From Patescibacteria group bacterium (GTDB taxonomy: Bacteria; Omnitrophota; Gorgyraeia; Gygaellales; Profunditerraquicolaceae): 64,000 nucleotides of DNA. The stretch lies in assembly GCA_035506195.1 (NCBI GenBank), contig DATJPV010000041.1:112-64111 (forward strand), in the 5' to 3' direction. Every line of letters starts with the position of its first letter. The stretch's first letter is position 1. The notes under the pieces are model-generated. The model was not told where the DNA came from and made no database searches. It saw only the letters and a list, made by a program, of their open reading frames with translations. A program made the translations under genes and the position numbers. Positions 9,091 to 19,031 of this stretch are shown here, piece by piece.

Positions 9091-10362
9091 TTATTTAACT
9101 ACATCCCCAATTTTTACCGGGAGCACTTCTTTCTTAATGTCGCATGCGGCAATGGACCTGCGCAGTTGTATGACCTGGACGGTCGCGATCGCTTGGGCTG
9201 CCTTATACACCTGGAATACATCGCCGACCTTTATGCCCGAATCTTCGCCCAGGTCGATTACGATGAAATTATGCTCGCGATTGACCGCGATAACCTTGCC
9301 TGCCAGGGCTTCCGTCGCCTGAGGCGCGGTTTCCTGCGCGGGGCGCACGATGATCGGCGGCAATTCTACGGACTCCGTAGAGGCAGCCTCCTCGGGTTTC
9401 TGCGCCGCAGGGTGAGGCGCGGCCGCTTTCTGTGGCGTGGCCGCGGCGGGGACGCTGGAAGCCGCTTCTTCCGCAGCAGGCGCAGTCGTTGCCTCTTCCA
9501 CTTTTTGTGTCAGGGTGTCCAGCGTCGCGTTCTTCTCTTTCACAAACGCTTCCATCTCGGAGAGCTTCTTCTGCAAGAGATTGTGTTTCTCCTCTAAATC
9601 AGCGATCTTTTTCTCCAGAATGATCTTGCGGCTGCTTAAGAATTTTACTTGCCGCCTTAAAAGGCTGTTCTCCTGGCGCAACGGCTGCATAGACTCCTGG
9701 ATGCTGAGCTTATCCGTCTTTTCCCTGACTACATCCGAAGCAAGGCTGTCAAGCATGAGCTGATTATGGCCGAGCTTGCTGGACATCTCTTTCTTTGTAA
9801 ATTCCAGTTGCCGTTTTAAATCCTGATTCTCGCGGTTGACGTTATTCATCTCCAAGGTCAACATGCCTTTTTCCTGGCGAAGCTTATCCTGCTCAATCGC
9901 GGTTTCTTTGAGCTTGCCGCTGAGCTCCTGCAACTGCACTTCCAGATCGGCCTTGGCTTTCAAGATATTTCCCCAATACGCCTCTTGGCCGGCGGGGGCG
10001 GGAAATTCTTGCGCATGGGCAGGCTGAGACTCTGCCTTAGGCATAGACTTGATCTTGTCTTCAAGCTCCTTGTTCTGCTTGACTAGCAGATCGTATTTGC
10101 CTTGAAGCTCTTGCTGTTCGCCGGTGATTTTATCAAGCTGGGTCTTTGTTTCCTGGAAGCGGGTATCGAGGTTTTTCTTTTCCTGCAGAACGCCATTGAT
10201 CTTCTTGGTGAGCTCTTCGTTCTCTTTGGTAAGCGTACTTCTTTCCTGTACGTACTGTTTTTTAAGTACCTCTTTGGAATTAAGAATATAGAACGCGTAC
10301 CCTATTACGAACAGGAGCAGCCCGATAAGGCTTAAAATCAAAAACCTTATCCTCTTTTCCAT
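9091..10362 (-). CDS. Membrane-anchored long coiled-coil protein with a C-terminal beta-rich domain, function unknown
   Basis: It has one N-terminal TM helix (FLILSLIGLLLFVIGYAFYIL) and about 250 aa of heptad-rich, K/E/Q/L-rich sequence. A Pro/Ala-rich spacer and a C-terminal domain of about 70 aa (NFIVIDLGEDSGIKVGDVFQVY) follow. The start ATG at 10360-10362 sits directly after GAGGAGGGGG. Confidence 0.6.
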   Translation of the reverse strand: MEKRIRFLILSLIGLLLFVIGYAFYILNSKEVLKKQYVQERSTLTKENEELTKKINGVLQEKKNLDTRFQETKTQLDKITGEQQELQGKYDLLVKQNKELEDKIKSMPKAESQPAHAQEFPAPAGQEAYWGNILKAKADLEVQLQELSGKLKETAIEQDKLRQEKGMLTLEMNNVNRENQDLKRQLEFTKKEMSSKLGHNQLMLDSLASDVVREKTDKLSIQESMQPLRQENSLLRRQVKFLSSRKIILEKKIADLEEKHNLLQKKLSEMEAFVKEKNATLDTLTQKVEEATTAPAAEEAASSVPAAATPQKAAAPHPAAQKPEEAASTESVELPPIIVRPAQETAPQATEALAGKVIAVNREHNFIVIDLGEDSGIKVGDVFQVYKAAQAIATVQVIQLRRSIAACDIKKEVLPVKIGDVVK

Positions 10363-10479
10363 GCCCCCTCCTCGCAATGAAAATAGCTATATTCTTTATT
10401 CGCAGCGCATAACAGTAAAAAATACTTGTTGGTACTATAACATGAAAAAATAAGTGTGTAAAGAATTTTTTGAAAATAC

Positions 10480-11595
10480 TTGATTTCGCCAAAAATTTAT
10501 TATATATTGCCTTCTATGAGGATACCGCAATGTCATCTGGTCTTCGGGGCTGCTGCGTTTGCCGCTTCAATCGCAGCCGGCTATCCTTGCACAGGCTCCT
10601 GCGCGCCGATACAGGTCTCGTCAAATGAATTACGCATGTTTGTTGACGAAACGATCGCGGAGCACAGGCAAGAAGCTATACGTTCTGCCCTGAACACGGG
10701 AGAAGCCGCGCAGTCGGCCGTCATCACACCTATGCCCGTACTTGCCGCAGCCCAGGAACCCGCAGGGCCCGCAGAACCCGTAGAACCCATGGCACCTGCC
10801 GCCAAAAAAGAGGCGCCCTCGCCTCTGGGGCAGGTTTCCGCCGCAGAAAATGCCCCTCCCGGGGAAAAAGGTGCCTGGACCGTTCCTGGAGGAAAACTCT
10901 ATTGCGAACTCTATAATAAATATTATTGGCACCACGCGCAATTCGACGACGACGGCCACAGGGTCGGCTGGGCTTACGGCGGCAAATACAACGAAACCAC
11001 CACGGATCTAAAGCTGGAGTATGGCCTTAAGGATACGACCTCGCTGCTGCTGGAGCTTCCTTACAAGGTGGCGCATTGGAAGGATGATTTTGGGCGCTAT
11101 ACGACCCGGGGCCTGGCGGATTGGTGGACGGGCGTTAAATACCGGCTGGCAACCGAACCGCTCATTACCAGCGTACAGGCAAGGGTAAAGATCCCCGGCG
11201 ACTACAATAAGAACGCTATCCCTGCCCTGGGGAGAAAACAAACGGATTACGAATTAAAGTTGCTCTTCGGCAAAGACCTGTCTAGGCTTATCAACGGTTA
11301 CGCAAAACTGGAAACGGGATACCGTTTCCGTACCCACCTGCCGACGGACGAGATCCCCTACTTCCTTGAATTTGGATATAATCTGACGAAAGCCCTGATA
11401 TTGAAGACGACCTTAGACGGAGTCAAGGGAATTCCAGGTACGGGGGAGATCGAAGAGGACTACACCAAATGGACCCTAGGCACTATCTGGAAGATAAAAA
11501 ATTACGGTATTGAACTGGGCTACGGCGATACCTTCATGGGCAAGAATACCTCTGCCGCCCAAGAAATGATCCTCTCTCTTTCCGCTTTGTTCTAA
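10480..11595 (+). CDS. Secreted protein with a Pro/Ala-rich N-terminal extension and an outer-membrane beta-barrel-like C-terminal region
   Basis: It has an N-terminal signal-like hydrophobic segment and a Pro/Ala-rich run (PAGPAEPVEPMAPAAKKEAPSP). Alternating amphipathic beta-strand patterns follow, and the C-terminal residue is Phe (SLSALF), as in many outer-membrane proteins. The true start may be the ATG at 10516. Confidence 0.45.
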   Translation: MISPKIYYILPSMRIPQCHLVFGAAAFAASIAAGYPCTGSCAPIQVSSNELRMFVDETIAEHRQEAIRSALNTGEAAQSAVITPMPVLAAAQEPAGPAEPVEPMAPAAKKEAPSPLGQVSAAENAPPGEKGAWTVPGGKLYCELYNKYYWHHAQFDDDGHRVGWAYGGKYNETTTDLKLEYGLKDTTSLLLELPYKVAHWKDDFGRYTTRGLADWWTGVKYRLATEPLITSVQARVKIPGDYNKNAIPALGRKQTDYELKLLFGKDLSRLINGYAKLETGYRFRTHLPTDEIPYFLEFGYNLTKALILKTTLDGVKGIPGTGEIEEDYTKWTLGTIWKIKNYGIELGYGDTFMGKNTSAAQEMILSLSALF

Positions 11596-11612
11596 TACTC
11601 GCGTTTTACAAA

Positions 11613-13055
11613 TCAGATCTGGCTATAGGCGTTGCGGCACACCAACGCGGCCATCCCTAAGGAAACGGCATCTTCCTTGAACTGCGAAGGAATGACCTTG
11701 ACTGTCTTGGCGGTCTCACTGAGCGTCCACCTGCGCACCGTCGCAAGGAGGGTGTCAAAAAATACAAGCCGCGATTCCTCATCCACCTTGCCGACGATAA
11801 CGACATCGGGGTGAAGCAAGTTGACCAGATAGGCGATCCTTACCCCGAAGCGCATCCCCATTTCTGCGGCATTAGCCGCACTCAATGGTTCTATCTCATG
11901 CCTAAGAATGCAGTTGTCCTGCAACCAGCAATGCGCCGGGTCTTGGTGGTCCTTATCCCTTGAGGCGGCCAACCACATGGAGAGCTTATTGTTCTGCGAG
12001 CCTCGGTACACTTCCCCTTTAAGCATCATGCTGAAGTCGCCGCCTGAGCCCTGGCCGTCAACGCCCACGTATATGATATTATGCCGCTTAGACAACTCAA
12101 AGTTAAGCCACTTTTCCGCAAGGATGCTGGCTACGGAACCGTCTTCCACGAGTGCGGGGAGCCCAAGCTTTTCCTCAAGCAGGTCCTTGAGGCTGGCGTC
12201 ATAGCCGTTGGTCTGGCCGGTCAACCCAAGGCAGATGCCCATCATGCGGCCGCGGTCTGCCTCGGAATCTTTGACAGCCTGGTGCACCAGCGTAATCAGG
12301 CCTTCCTGCAGGCTCTTGCCTGCAGGTTTCAAGGAGACCGTCTTTTTAGCCATGACGCGCAGGACAAAGTCCGTCACCAGAACGGTCATATAATTTTTGA
12401 CAAAGTTGACCTCGGCGCCCACCATATAGCCATACTCGGCATTCAATTCCAGGAGGCTGGGGCGCCTTCCTCCGGAAGACTCATCGAACCCCCGTTCGTA
12501 GATGATGCCTTTCTTTTTGAAGTCTTCGATATAATTCGAGATGGTCACGATGTTCAAGTCTACTTCCTGGGCGATCTGGGTTTTGGAAACGGTATTTTGA
12601 CGACGCAGGACATCGAGTATCTCCAGGTTCCTCTTCTCGCGGTCAACCAGCTGCGTATCCGGGGACTTCAGGGATTTTAGCCTGGGGCAGGTATGGAAAG
12701 AAAGTTTCGTCAAACAGCTATCCAGTTTTTTTCTTTCCTCCGGGAATGCCTCGGTGAATTTGACTCCTATGCCCAGGATCTTATCTTCTTGCAGGCTTCT
12801 CTTTATCCAGCTGAGCTGCCCCAGGAACCTGACCGCTCCGCGGGTATCGGGGATCTCGATCTCCATCTCAATCTTCTTGCCCAGGTCCTCTTCCTTGAAA
12901 AGCCGGTTAATAAAAAGCCCGCCTTCCCCGATGTCGCCGGTAGGCGCATCGCAGGTCAGCGGGCGTTTTATGTCTAAAAACTTAAACCTCGTAGGCAAAG
13001 CGACTTTATAACGTGGCGCCTGCCTTCTTTCCAGTTTTACGTTCTGTTCACCCAT
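11613..13055 (-). CDS. PilZ domain fused to a ROK family (NagC/Mlc-like) transcriptional regulator
   Basis: The N-terminus carries PilZ signatures: RRQAPR (RxxxR) and DIGEGGLF, a D-x-S-x-x-G-like motif. The middle has a MarR-like HTH (ILDVLRRQNTVSKTQIAQEVDLNIVTISNYIEDF). The C-terminal half has the ROK sugar-kinase fold. Confidence 0.7.
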   Translation of the reverse strand: MGEQNVKLERRQAPRYKVALPTRFKFLDIKRPLTCDAPTGDIGEGGLFINRLFKEEDLGKKIEMEIEIPDTRGAVRFLGQLSWIKRSLQEDKILGIGVKFTEAFPEERKKLDSCLTKLSFHTCPRLKSLKSPDTQLVDREKRNLEILDVLRRQNTVSKTQIAQEVDLNIVTISNYIEDFKKKGIIYERGFDESSGGRRPSLLELNAEYGYMVGAEVNFVKNYMTVLVTDFVLRVMAKKTVSLKPAGKSLQEGLITLVHQAVKDSEADRGRMMGICLGLTGQTNGYDASLKDLLEEKLGLPALVEDGSVASILAEKWLNFELSKRHNIIYVGVDGQGSGGDFSMMLKGEVYRGSQNNKLSMWLAASRDKDHQDPAHCWLQDNCILRHEIEPLSAANAAEMGMRFGVRIAYLVNLLHPDVVIVGKVDEESRLVFFDTLLATVRRWTLSETAKTVKVIPSQFKEDAVSLGMAALVCRNAYSQI

Positions 13056-13058
13056 ATA

Positions 13059-14195
13059 TTACCAGCTGGACTCGATATACAATACTCCCCAAGTCCTCAT
13101 CCCCTTAAAACCACCCCTCATTAGTGCCCAGTTAGAAAGAAATCTTATTTTACTGTACACAAAAAACTTGCTCCGTGGCTTAAGAGATAACACTGGCAAA
13201 AAGTAGGCGACGAGAAACACCAGAAACAGAACACCCCATACCGCCAAAAGCGGGCTCTGGGCCCCGGCCACCAGGCCGAGCGCTAACTGCGTCAGAAACA
13301 TTATACCAAAAAGATGCATAAAATGGAAGTTCCCAATATATACCACGCCTTTAAAGAAGAACGGCACGGGTATATACACATAACCGAAATACTGGATGCA
13401 GATCTCCACGATATTCTTGCAGTGTTTCTGGACGGTCAGGGGATGGCCAAAACCATACCCAAAGAGCTGACGGCAAAAATCCGCCAAGGTCACCCGATGC
13501 ATATGCTCAACGATCGCGTCCGGCTTGAAATAAAGCTTAAAGCCGTTTTGCAGGATGCGTAGCGAAAAATCGACATCTTCGCTGGTGAGCTCATGCCAGA
13601 ACTCGCGGCCGATCTTATCCGCGGCGGCCTTGCTGACTGCGGCGTTGGCAGTGGCAAAAAATGGCGAATCGATATTGCCGTTGACCTCATGCGGCAAGTT
13701 CTTCTTCAAAACAGGATAATAGCCTTCCTGCGTAACCCGGCATCTGCCGCTGACGCTTAAAAATTTGGTCACCTCGCAGTACCCCTCAACGTCGTTGTGC
13801 GGATCGGTGCGCAAGGTCAAGATCTCTCCTCCCACCATGCCGACGGTAGGGTCTTTTAAAAATGGCTCCAGCATCTTATGTACCCAGTTCTTACGCGGTG
13901 CGCAATCGCCGTCAGTAAACAGGATGTAGTCACCCTGCGCGACCTTCAAGGCGGCATTCCGCGCCTGGCCGGGCGATTTGCAATTGGCAACCTCGACCAA
14001 TTTTATGAAAGGAAACTTTTTCTGCCAGTTCTTGATGATCTCTACGGTGCGGTCTTTGCTGCCGCCGTCGGCAAATACGATCTCCATCTTATCCTTGGGA
14101 TAATCGAGCTCGATTAAGTATTCCAGGTTTTTTTCGATGGTTCTGTCGATGTTACGGACCGGATTGATGATGGTGATAAAAGGTAAATTACTCAT
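13059..14195 (-). CDS. Family 2 glycosyltransferase with a C-terminal multi-pass membrane domain
   Basis: It has a GT-A fold with FADGGSKD and FTDGDC (DXD). The last 110 aa or so form 3-4 hydrophobic helices. A Shine-Dalgarno AAGGAGGG precedes the start. Confidence 0.8.
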   Translation of the reverse strand: MSNLPFITIINPVRNIDRTIEKNLEYLIELDYPKDKMEIVFADGGSKDRTVEIIKNWQKKFPFIKLVEVANCKSPGQARNAALKVAQGDYILFTDGDCAPRKNWVHKMLEPFLKDPTVGMVGGEILTLRTDPHNDVEGYCEVTKFLSVSGRCRVTQEGYYPVLKKNLPHEVNGNIDSPFFATANAAVSKAAADKIGREFWHELTSEDVDFSLRILQNGFKLYFKPDAIVEHMHRVTLADFCRQLFGYGFGHPLTVQKHCKNIVEICIQYFGYVYIPVPFFFKGVVYIGNFHFMHLFGIMFLTQLALGLVAGAQSPLLAVWGVLFLVFLVAYFLPVLSLKPRSKFFVYSKIRFLSNWALMRGGFKGMRTWGVLYIESSW

Positions 14196-14228
14196 GTCTG
14201 GCGTACGCCCTCCTTTTTTTGTGAAACG

Positions 14229-16577
14229 CTATCCCATGGTTACGGTAACTGAATGTTCGCGACCTTGCTTGCATATGGGTATAATATTACCCTTTATTTT
14301 CTTTTCGTCAAGCTCTATACTCTTTATTCCGCAGGAGACATGGTGTGGATTGCGGACTTCGATATTATAGGCGGCACCCCGAAAAACCCGTTTCAACCTG
14401 AAGGAATCCCACTCTTTCGGAATACAGGGATCAATGAGCAGGCCGTCATAATCGGGACGCACCCCCAGGATATACCGGCTCACCGCTACCAGGTTCCAGC
14501 TGGCGGAACCCGTCAACCAGGAATTGCGGGAACGACCGAACTCCGGGCTTTCGTCTCCGGCGATGAACTGCGCGTAGACGTACGGTTCGGTCTTCTGGAT
14601 ATCGGCAATATCGTTGCGCGCCGACGGACAGGTCTTTTTGTAATATTCGTACGCACGGTCGCCCCTGCGCATGAGTGTCTCGGCAATGACCACCCAGGGG
14701 TTGGCATGGCAGAAAATGCCGCCGTTTTCCTTGAGCCCCGGACAAAAAGTACCCACCGCTCCGATATACGGATAGAACGTTTTATAGGCAGGCCAGGCGA
14801 GCTTGACCCCGTGCCTGGTGTCTAGGAACCTCTTAACCGAATCCATACAGGTAAGGCTGCGAGCCTGATCCGCAATGCCGGAAAGCACTGCCCAGGTCTG
14901 ACTGTTAAGGTGGATCTTGCCCCCCTCCTTACACTTCTTGGAACCGACGGGCCTGCCCTTATAATCAAAGACGCGGACATACCAGGCGCCGTCCCAAGCC
15001 CGTGCATTGATCGTATCTGCCATCTTCTTGTAGAGCCTTTGAAGCTTAACGGCATCTTTTTTCTTTCCGGTACGGCCTGCCAGGATAGCCAACTCTCTTG
15101 TCGCATAGCAGAGGAATTGGCCTACCCAGACGCTCTCTGCGCCCTCGCCGACATTATTGAGACAGTCATTCCAATCGGCGTAGCCTATATGCGGGATACC
15201 GTGCACACCGCAGTCCTGGAAAGAAAACCCGACCGCCCGCAAAAGGTGTTTGTATATCGGCTCGGCGGGGCCGTCGGCATAAGGCACTTTTTCTTTCAGA
15301 AAACCAAAATCGCCGGTTTCTTTAATATAATGGCCGGCAGAAACGACAAGCCATAAATGATCGTCGGAGTAGCCGGTCTTGTCTCCGGCCCTGGTGAGAG
15401 GAAAATACTGATGATAGCTGTCTCCTCTCTTGAACTGATTTTTTGCCAAATCGATAATGCGCTGTTTAACCGCCGGGGCGATGGTGTGTAAAACCCCCAA
15501 CGTATCCTGGTTGGCATCGCGAAAACCCATCCCTCTGCCGATGCCCGACTCATAGAAAGAAGCGGAGCGCGCCCAGTTAAAAGTGGTGCGGCATTGATAC
15601 TGATTCCAGACATTGACCATCGTGTTGATATCGTCGTCCGGGGTTTCAACCTGCAGGTTAACCAGTGTCCGATCCCAGTTTTGCGCAAGCTCCTGAAATT
15701 TTTTCTGTACGAAGGGCACGTCCTGGTATTTCCGGATCTTAGCGGCTGCCGAAGCCTTGTTTTCTTCGATGCCCAGGATAAAAATAAGGCATGCCTGCTC
15801 TCCCGGGCCGAGCGCTACCTTGAGGTGATGGCTTCCTATGGGATTACCGCCGCGATTGACGGAACAGAGGCTCCTGCCTTCCTCGACCACCAGCGGCCTT
15901 GCTTCATCGCGATAGTTGCCGATAAAGGCTTCGCGGTCGGTATCAAAACCTTCGATCGCGCGGTTTACGCTAAAGAACGCAAAGGTATTCCGCCGGACAT
16001 GCGGATAATAACCGGTCAAATGATATATGGTGTTCCCTACGCATTCGGCCCTGGAGATATTCAAGGAATACTGGAAATCCTGCATGTCCATAAGGGCCTG
16101 CCACAAGCAAAACTCGACATAGCTAAATACGGAAAGCTGACGGCTTGACGCCCGGAGGTTGTCTATCCGCAACAGATAGACCTCCAGGTTCTCTTTCAGG
16201 GGGACGAAGTAGGTGGTCTCGGTTCTGATATCGTTATAGGCCGAGGCTATTTTAGTGTAGCCCATACCGTGACGGCACTCGTACTGATAACCGGACAGGT
16301 CCTTGACGACCGGCTGCCAGCTGGTCGACCAGTACTCTGAGCTTGCGTTATCGCGTATATATACGTAGCGGCCGGGTCGGTCCACGGGGATACCGTTGTA
16401 ACGGTAGCGCAGGAGCCTGCGGTCGCGGGGGTCCTTATGAAAACTATAACCGCCGGCGGTATTAGAGATCATGGCACAATACTCGTCCTGCCCCAAATAG
16501 TTGATCCAGGGGGTCGGCGTATCGGGACGCGTGATAACGTATTCCTTGTTTTTCTTATCGAAGTATCCGTACTTCAT
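14229..16577 (-). CDS. GH94 glycoside phosphorylase (cellobiose/cellodextrin/chitobiose phosphorylase family)
   Basis: The N-terminus MKYGYFDKKNKEYVITRPDTPTPWINYLG is nearly identical in pattern to characterised cellobiose phosphorylases. The protein is 782 aa. Confidence 0.85.
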   Translation of the reverse strand: MKYGYFDKKNKEYVITRPDTPTPWINYLGQDEYCAMISNTAGGYSFHKDPRDRRLLRYRYNGIPVDRPGRYVYIRDNASSEYWSTSWQPVVKDLSGYQYECRHGMGYTKIASAYNDIRTETTYFVPLKENLEVYLLRIDNLRASSRQLSVFSYVEFCLWQALMDMQDFQYSLNISRAECVGNTIYHLTGYYPHVRRNTFAFFSVNRAIEGFDTDREAFIGNYRDEARPLVVEEGRSLCSVNRGGNPIGSHHLKVALGPGEQACLIFILGIEENKASAAAKIRKYQDVPFVQKKFQELAQNWDRTLVNLQVETPDDDINTMVNVWNQYQCRTTFNWARSASFYESGIGRGMGFRDANQDTLGVLHTIAPAVKQRIIDLAKNQFKRGDSYHQYFPLTRAGDKTGYSDDHLWLVVSAGHYIKETGDFGFLKEKVPYADGPAEPIYKHLLRAVGFSFQDCGVHGIPHIGYADWNDCLNNVGEGAESVWVGQFLCYATRELAILAGRTGKKKDAVKLQRLYKKMADTINARAWDGAWYVRVFDYKGRPVGSKKCKEGGKIHLNSQTWAVLSGIADQARSLTCMDSVKRFLDTRHGVKLAWPAYKTFYPYIGAVGTFCPGLKENGGIFCHANPWVVIAETLMRRGDRAYEYYKKTCPSARNDIADIQKTEPYVYAQFIAGDESPEFGRSRNSWLTGSASWNLVAVSRYILGVRPDYDGLLIDPCIPKEWDSFRLKRVFRGAAYNIEVRNPHHVSCGIKSIELDEKKIKGNIIPICKQGREHSVTVTMG

Positions 16578-16612
16578 ATACCGCTGTTGTTTTTTGCTAT
16601 GTTACTGTAGTA

Positions 16613-19021
16613 TTACGTATGCGGGATCGGTTTATGATACCACTCCTTGATGACTTCCTGTGCGGGTTTGTTTTGCGGCGTATATCCGCGGTTGAACTCA
16701 CCACCCATATTCGTATGCGTCCCCCAATACCACCAGTATAACCCGTAAAACCACGGCTTATTCCAGAATAGCTCCAGCATTACCTCGTAACAGTCTTTCT
16801 GCAACTGAAGCTCAACCTGCTTGCCTGGCTGCGCCACCCAGGGCTGATCCGTGGTAGCGGTAGAACTCTTGTATCCGATCTCGGCGAAAATGATCGGCTT
16901 CTTGACCTTGGCCTGCCAGTCCTCCAACAGGTTCTCCCATACCTTCCAGGCGGTCTTTATTTCTTCTCGGGAGGGCCTGTCCTTCTCGATCAACGGGAAA
17001 TAGGGGTCCACGCCTGCGTAATCCAAAAGATCCCAGAACTCTATCCGATAATATTCATCGTACCAGTTCGCCGCATACGTCAGCCGGCCGGGATAGGTTG
17101 CGCGGACCTCTTTGATCAATTGGCGCCAGCGGTTCGGTTGAGTAAGCGCAGAGCGCGTCAACTCGGTGCCTATGCAAAATAGCTCAACCCCTTGTTCCGC
17201 AGCCATCTGTGCATAATGCAGAATGAAGGCCTGGTAGTTTTTAAACCAGGTTTCCCATTCCTGGTCAGAGTTGAATTCGATCTCTCCCCGCCAGCGGCCG
17301 TCTGACTGGTCGACCAAATCGAGGTGAGGCTTAAGCATGATCTTCATCCCCAGCTCATGGGCTTTTTGTATTGCGTGGACAAGGCCTTCATCGGTGGGCG
17401 TCTTGCCGTTGGAATGCATAGCAGTAGAATTGTATTGCTCTTGATACCAGGTAGGGCTAAAAGAAACCCACTCTACGCCCAGAGGTTTCAAGAGGCCCAA
17501 TGATTCGTCCGAAGAGGCATTTTTAAAGCTGTCTTTGTTCCAGGTTAAATAGCACATCCCTTTCTGCCAGGCCGGATACGGAACGTCTTTTATATTCGCC
17601 GCCGGCACAACGGTTTTTGCGGCAACAGGAGTAGCCTCCGGCGTCGCCACGGGAACGCTGGCCTTTGCTGATGCAAGAAGGATGTTTCCGGGTTCTGGTG
17701 TCGCAGAGGGTGCGGCGGCCGAACCTGTGGACACAGGAACGGGAACAATCGGAACGGGCGGCGTCTCGGCTTTTGCAGCAGGAGCAGGGGCAGGAGCGGC
17801 TACGGGAGACTCTGCGGTAGAAGACTCGGGAGCAGATGCGGCAACAGCTTCGGCAATCGGAGCTGCAGGCGGAGCAATCGCTGCTTCCTTCTTACTCAAT
17901 CCTTCCTTTAAAACCCGCAGGTAATAGGCTTTTTCTATGCCGGGATCGGGCTTGCTGTACCATTTAGTCAATATTTCTTCAGCGGGTTTCCCCCGAGGCG
18001 AAAATCCTCGCGTCATAGAAAGGCGAGGATTGATCGAAACCTGCCAATACCACCAATAGATACCCCAAACCCATTTCTTATAATAGAATGTTTCCAGAAA
18101 AGCGCGGTAACAATTAGCCTGGGTCTGAAGACTAAGCGGCCCCTGAGGGGCATGTTCCCAGGGGCTGTCTGCTGCGCTTTCCGAACTCTTGTACCCGATC
18201 TCCGCAAAAATAACAGGCTTTTTTAGCTTATCCTGCCATTCTTCTAATTGTTTCACCCACGGCTGCCAGGCCTTTTTAAGCTCTTCGACGCTGGGCGTCT
18301 TGGCTTCCGTTAAAGGAAAATACGGATCAACTCCGGCGTAATCCAAGAGGTCCCAGAAAGCGATTTTCTGATATTCTTCGTGCCAGTTTGCCGCGTACGT
18401 CAAGTGCCCCTTATACATGCCCCTGACTTGCGCAATCAACTGGCGCCACTGCTCCGGATGGTTAAGCGTACTTGAAGCCAACTCCGTGCCCAGGCAGATC
18501 ATCTCGACGTTCTCGGCGTTGGCAATCTCTACATAATGCAGGATGAAATCACGGTATTGATTAAACCAATTCTGCCAATCCTGCGGATCAGTGAAGTCGA
18601 TCTCTCCGCGCCACTTGCCCCCGGAAATCTCCAGGAGATCCACGTGGGGCTTGAGCATCACCTTAAAACCCAGATCATGGATCCTGCGGATGGCATGCGC
18701 AAGGCTATTGTCGCTGGGGGTCCGATGAGTAGCTTTTATCTGGGGGGTATTATAGGAATCCTGGTACCAGGTCACGACAAGGGCGACCCATTCGGCCTTG
18801 GTCCTGGCCAATTCTTTCAGGGAGTCATCAGAGGCAAACGTAGCATAGCCCTCCTTGGTCCAATCGGCGTAAATCATGCCTTTCTGAAAAGCCGGGAAAT
18901 TCGTCGATTGGTTTTTTTGTTTTAAACCGATCTGCTTAAGGGCTATTGCCGAACCGACTAACATAAGCGCGGCAAGGACAAAAAATACTCCCCGGGGAAG
19001 CTTGCGATATGAAAAAGGCAT
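16613..19021 (-). CDS. Secreted protein with two tandem clan GH-A (beta/alpha)8 glycoside hydrolase domains (GH5/GH26/GH113-like, likely beta-mannanase/glucanase)
   Basis: A signal anchor is present. Two catalytic domains of about 330 aa are roughly 50% identical to each other. Each has a GTEL acid/base-like motif and an (F/A)EIGY nucleophile-like motif. They are joined by a Pro/Ala-rich linker (APPAAPIAEAVAASAPESSTAESPVAAPAPAPAAKAETPPVPIVPVP). Confidence 0.7.
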   Translation of the reverse strand: MPFSYRKLPRGVFFVLAALMLVGSAIALKQIGLKQKNQSTNFPAFQKGMIYADWTKEGYATFASDDSLKELARTKAEWVALVVTWYQDSYNTPQIKATHRTPSDNSLAHAIRRIHDLGFKVMLKPHVDLLEISGGKWRGEIDFTDPQDWQNWFNQYRDFILHYVEIANAENVEMICLGTELASSTLNHPEQWRQLIAQVRGMYKGHLTYAANWHEEYQKIAFWDLLDYAGVDPYFPLTEAKTPSVEELKKAWQPWVKQLEEWQDKLKKPVIFAEIGYKSSESAADSPWEHAPQGPLSLQTQANCYRAFLETFYYKKWVWGIYWWYWQVSINPRLSMTRGFSPRGKPAEEILTKWYSKPDPGIEKAYYLRVLKEGLSKKEAAIAPPAAPIAEAVAASAPESSTAESPVAAPAPAPAAKAETPPVPIVPVPVSTGSAAAPSATPEPGNILLASAKASVPVATPEATPVAAKTVVPAANIKDVPYPAWQKGMCYLTWNKDSFKNASSDESLGLLKPLGVEWVSFSPTWYQEQYNSTAMHSNGKTPTDEGLVHAIQKAHELGMKIMLKPHLDLVDQSDGRWRGEIEFNSDQEWETWFKNYQAFILHYAQMAAEQGVELFCIGTELTRSALTQPNRWRQLIKEVRATYPGRLTYAANWYDEYYRIEFWDLLDYAGVDPYFPLIEKDRPSREEIKTAWKVWENLLEDWQAKVKKPIIFAEIGYKSSTATTDQPWVAQPGKQVELQLQKDCYEVMLELFWNKPWFYGLYWWYWGTHTNMGGEFNRGYTPQNKPAQEVIKEWYHKPIPHT

Positions 19022-19031
19022 ACGTATCTCC

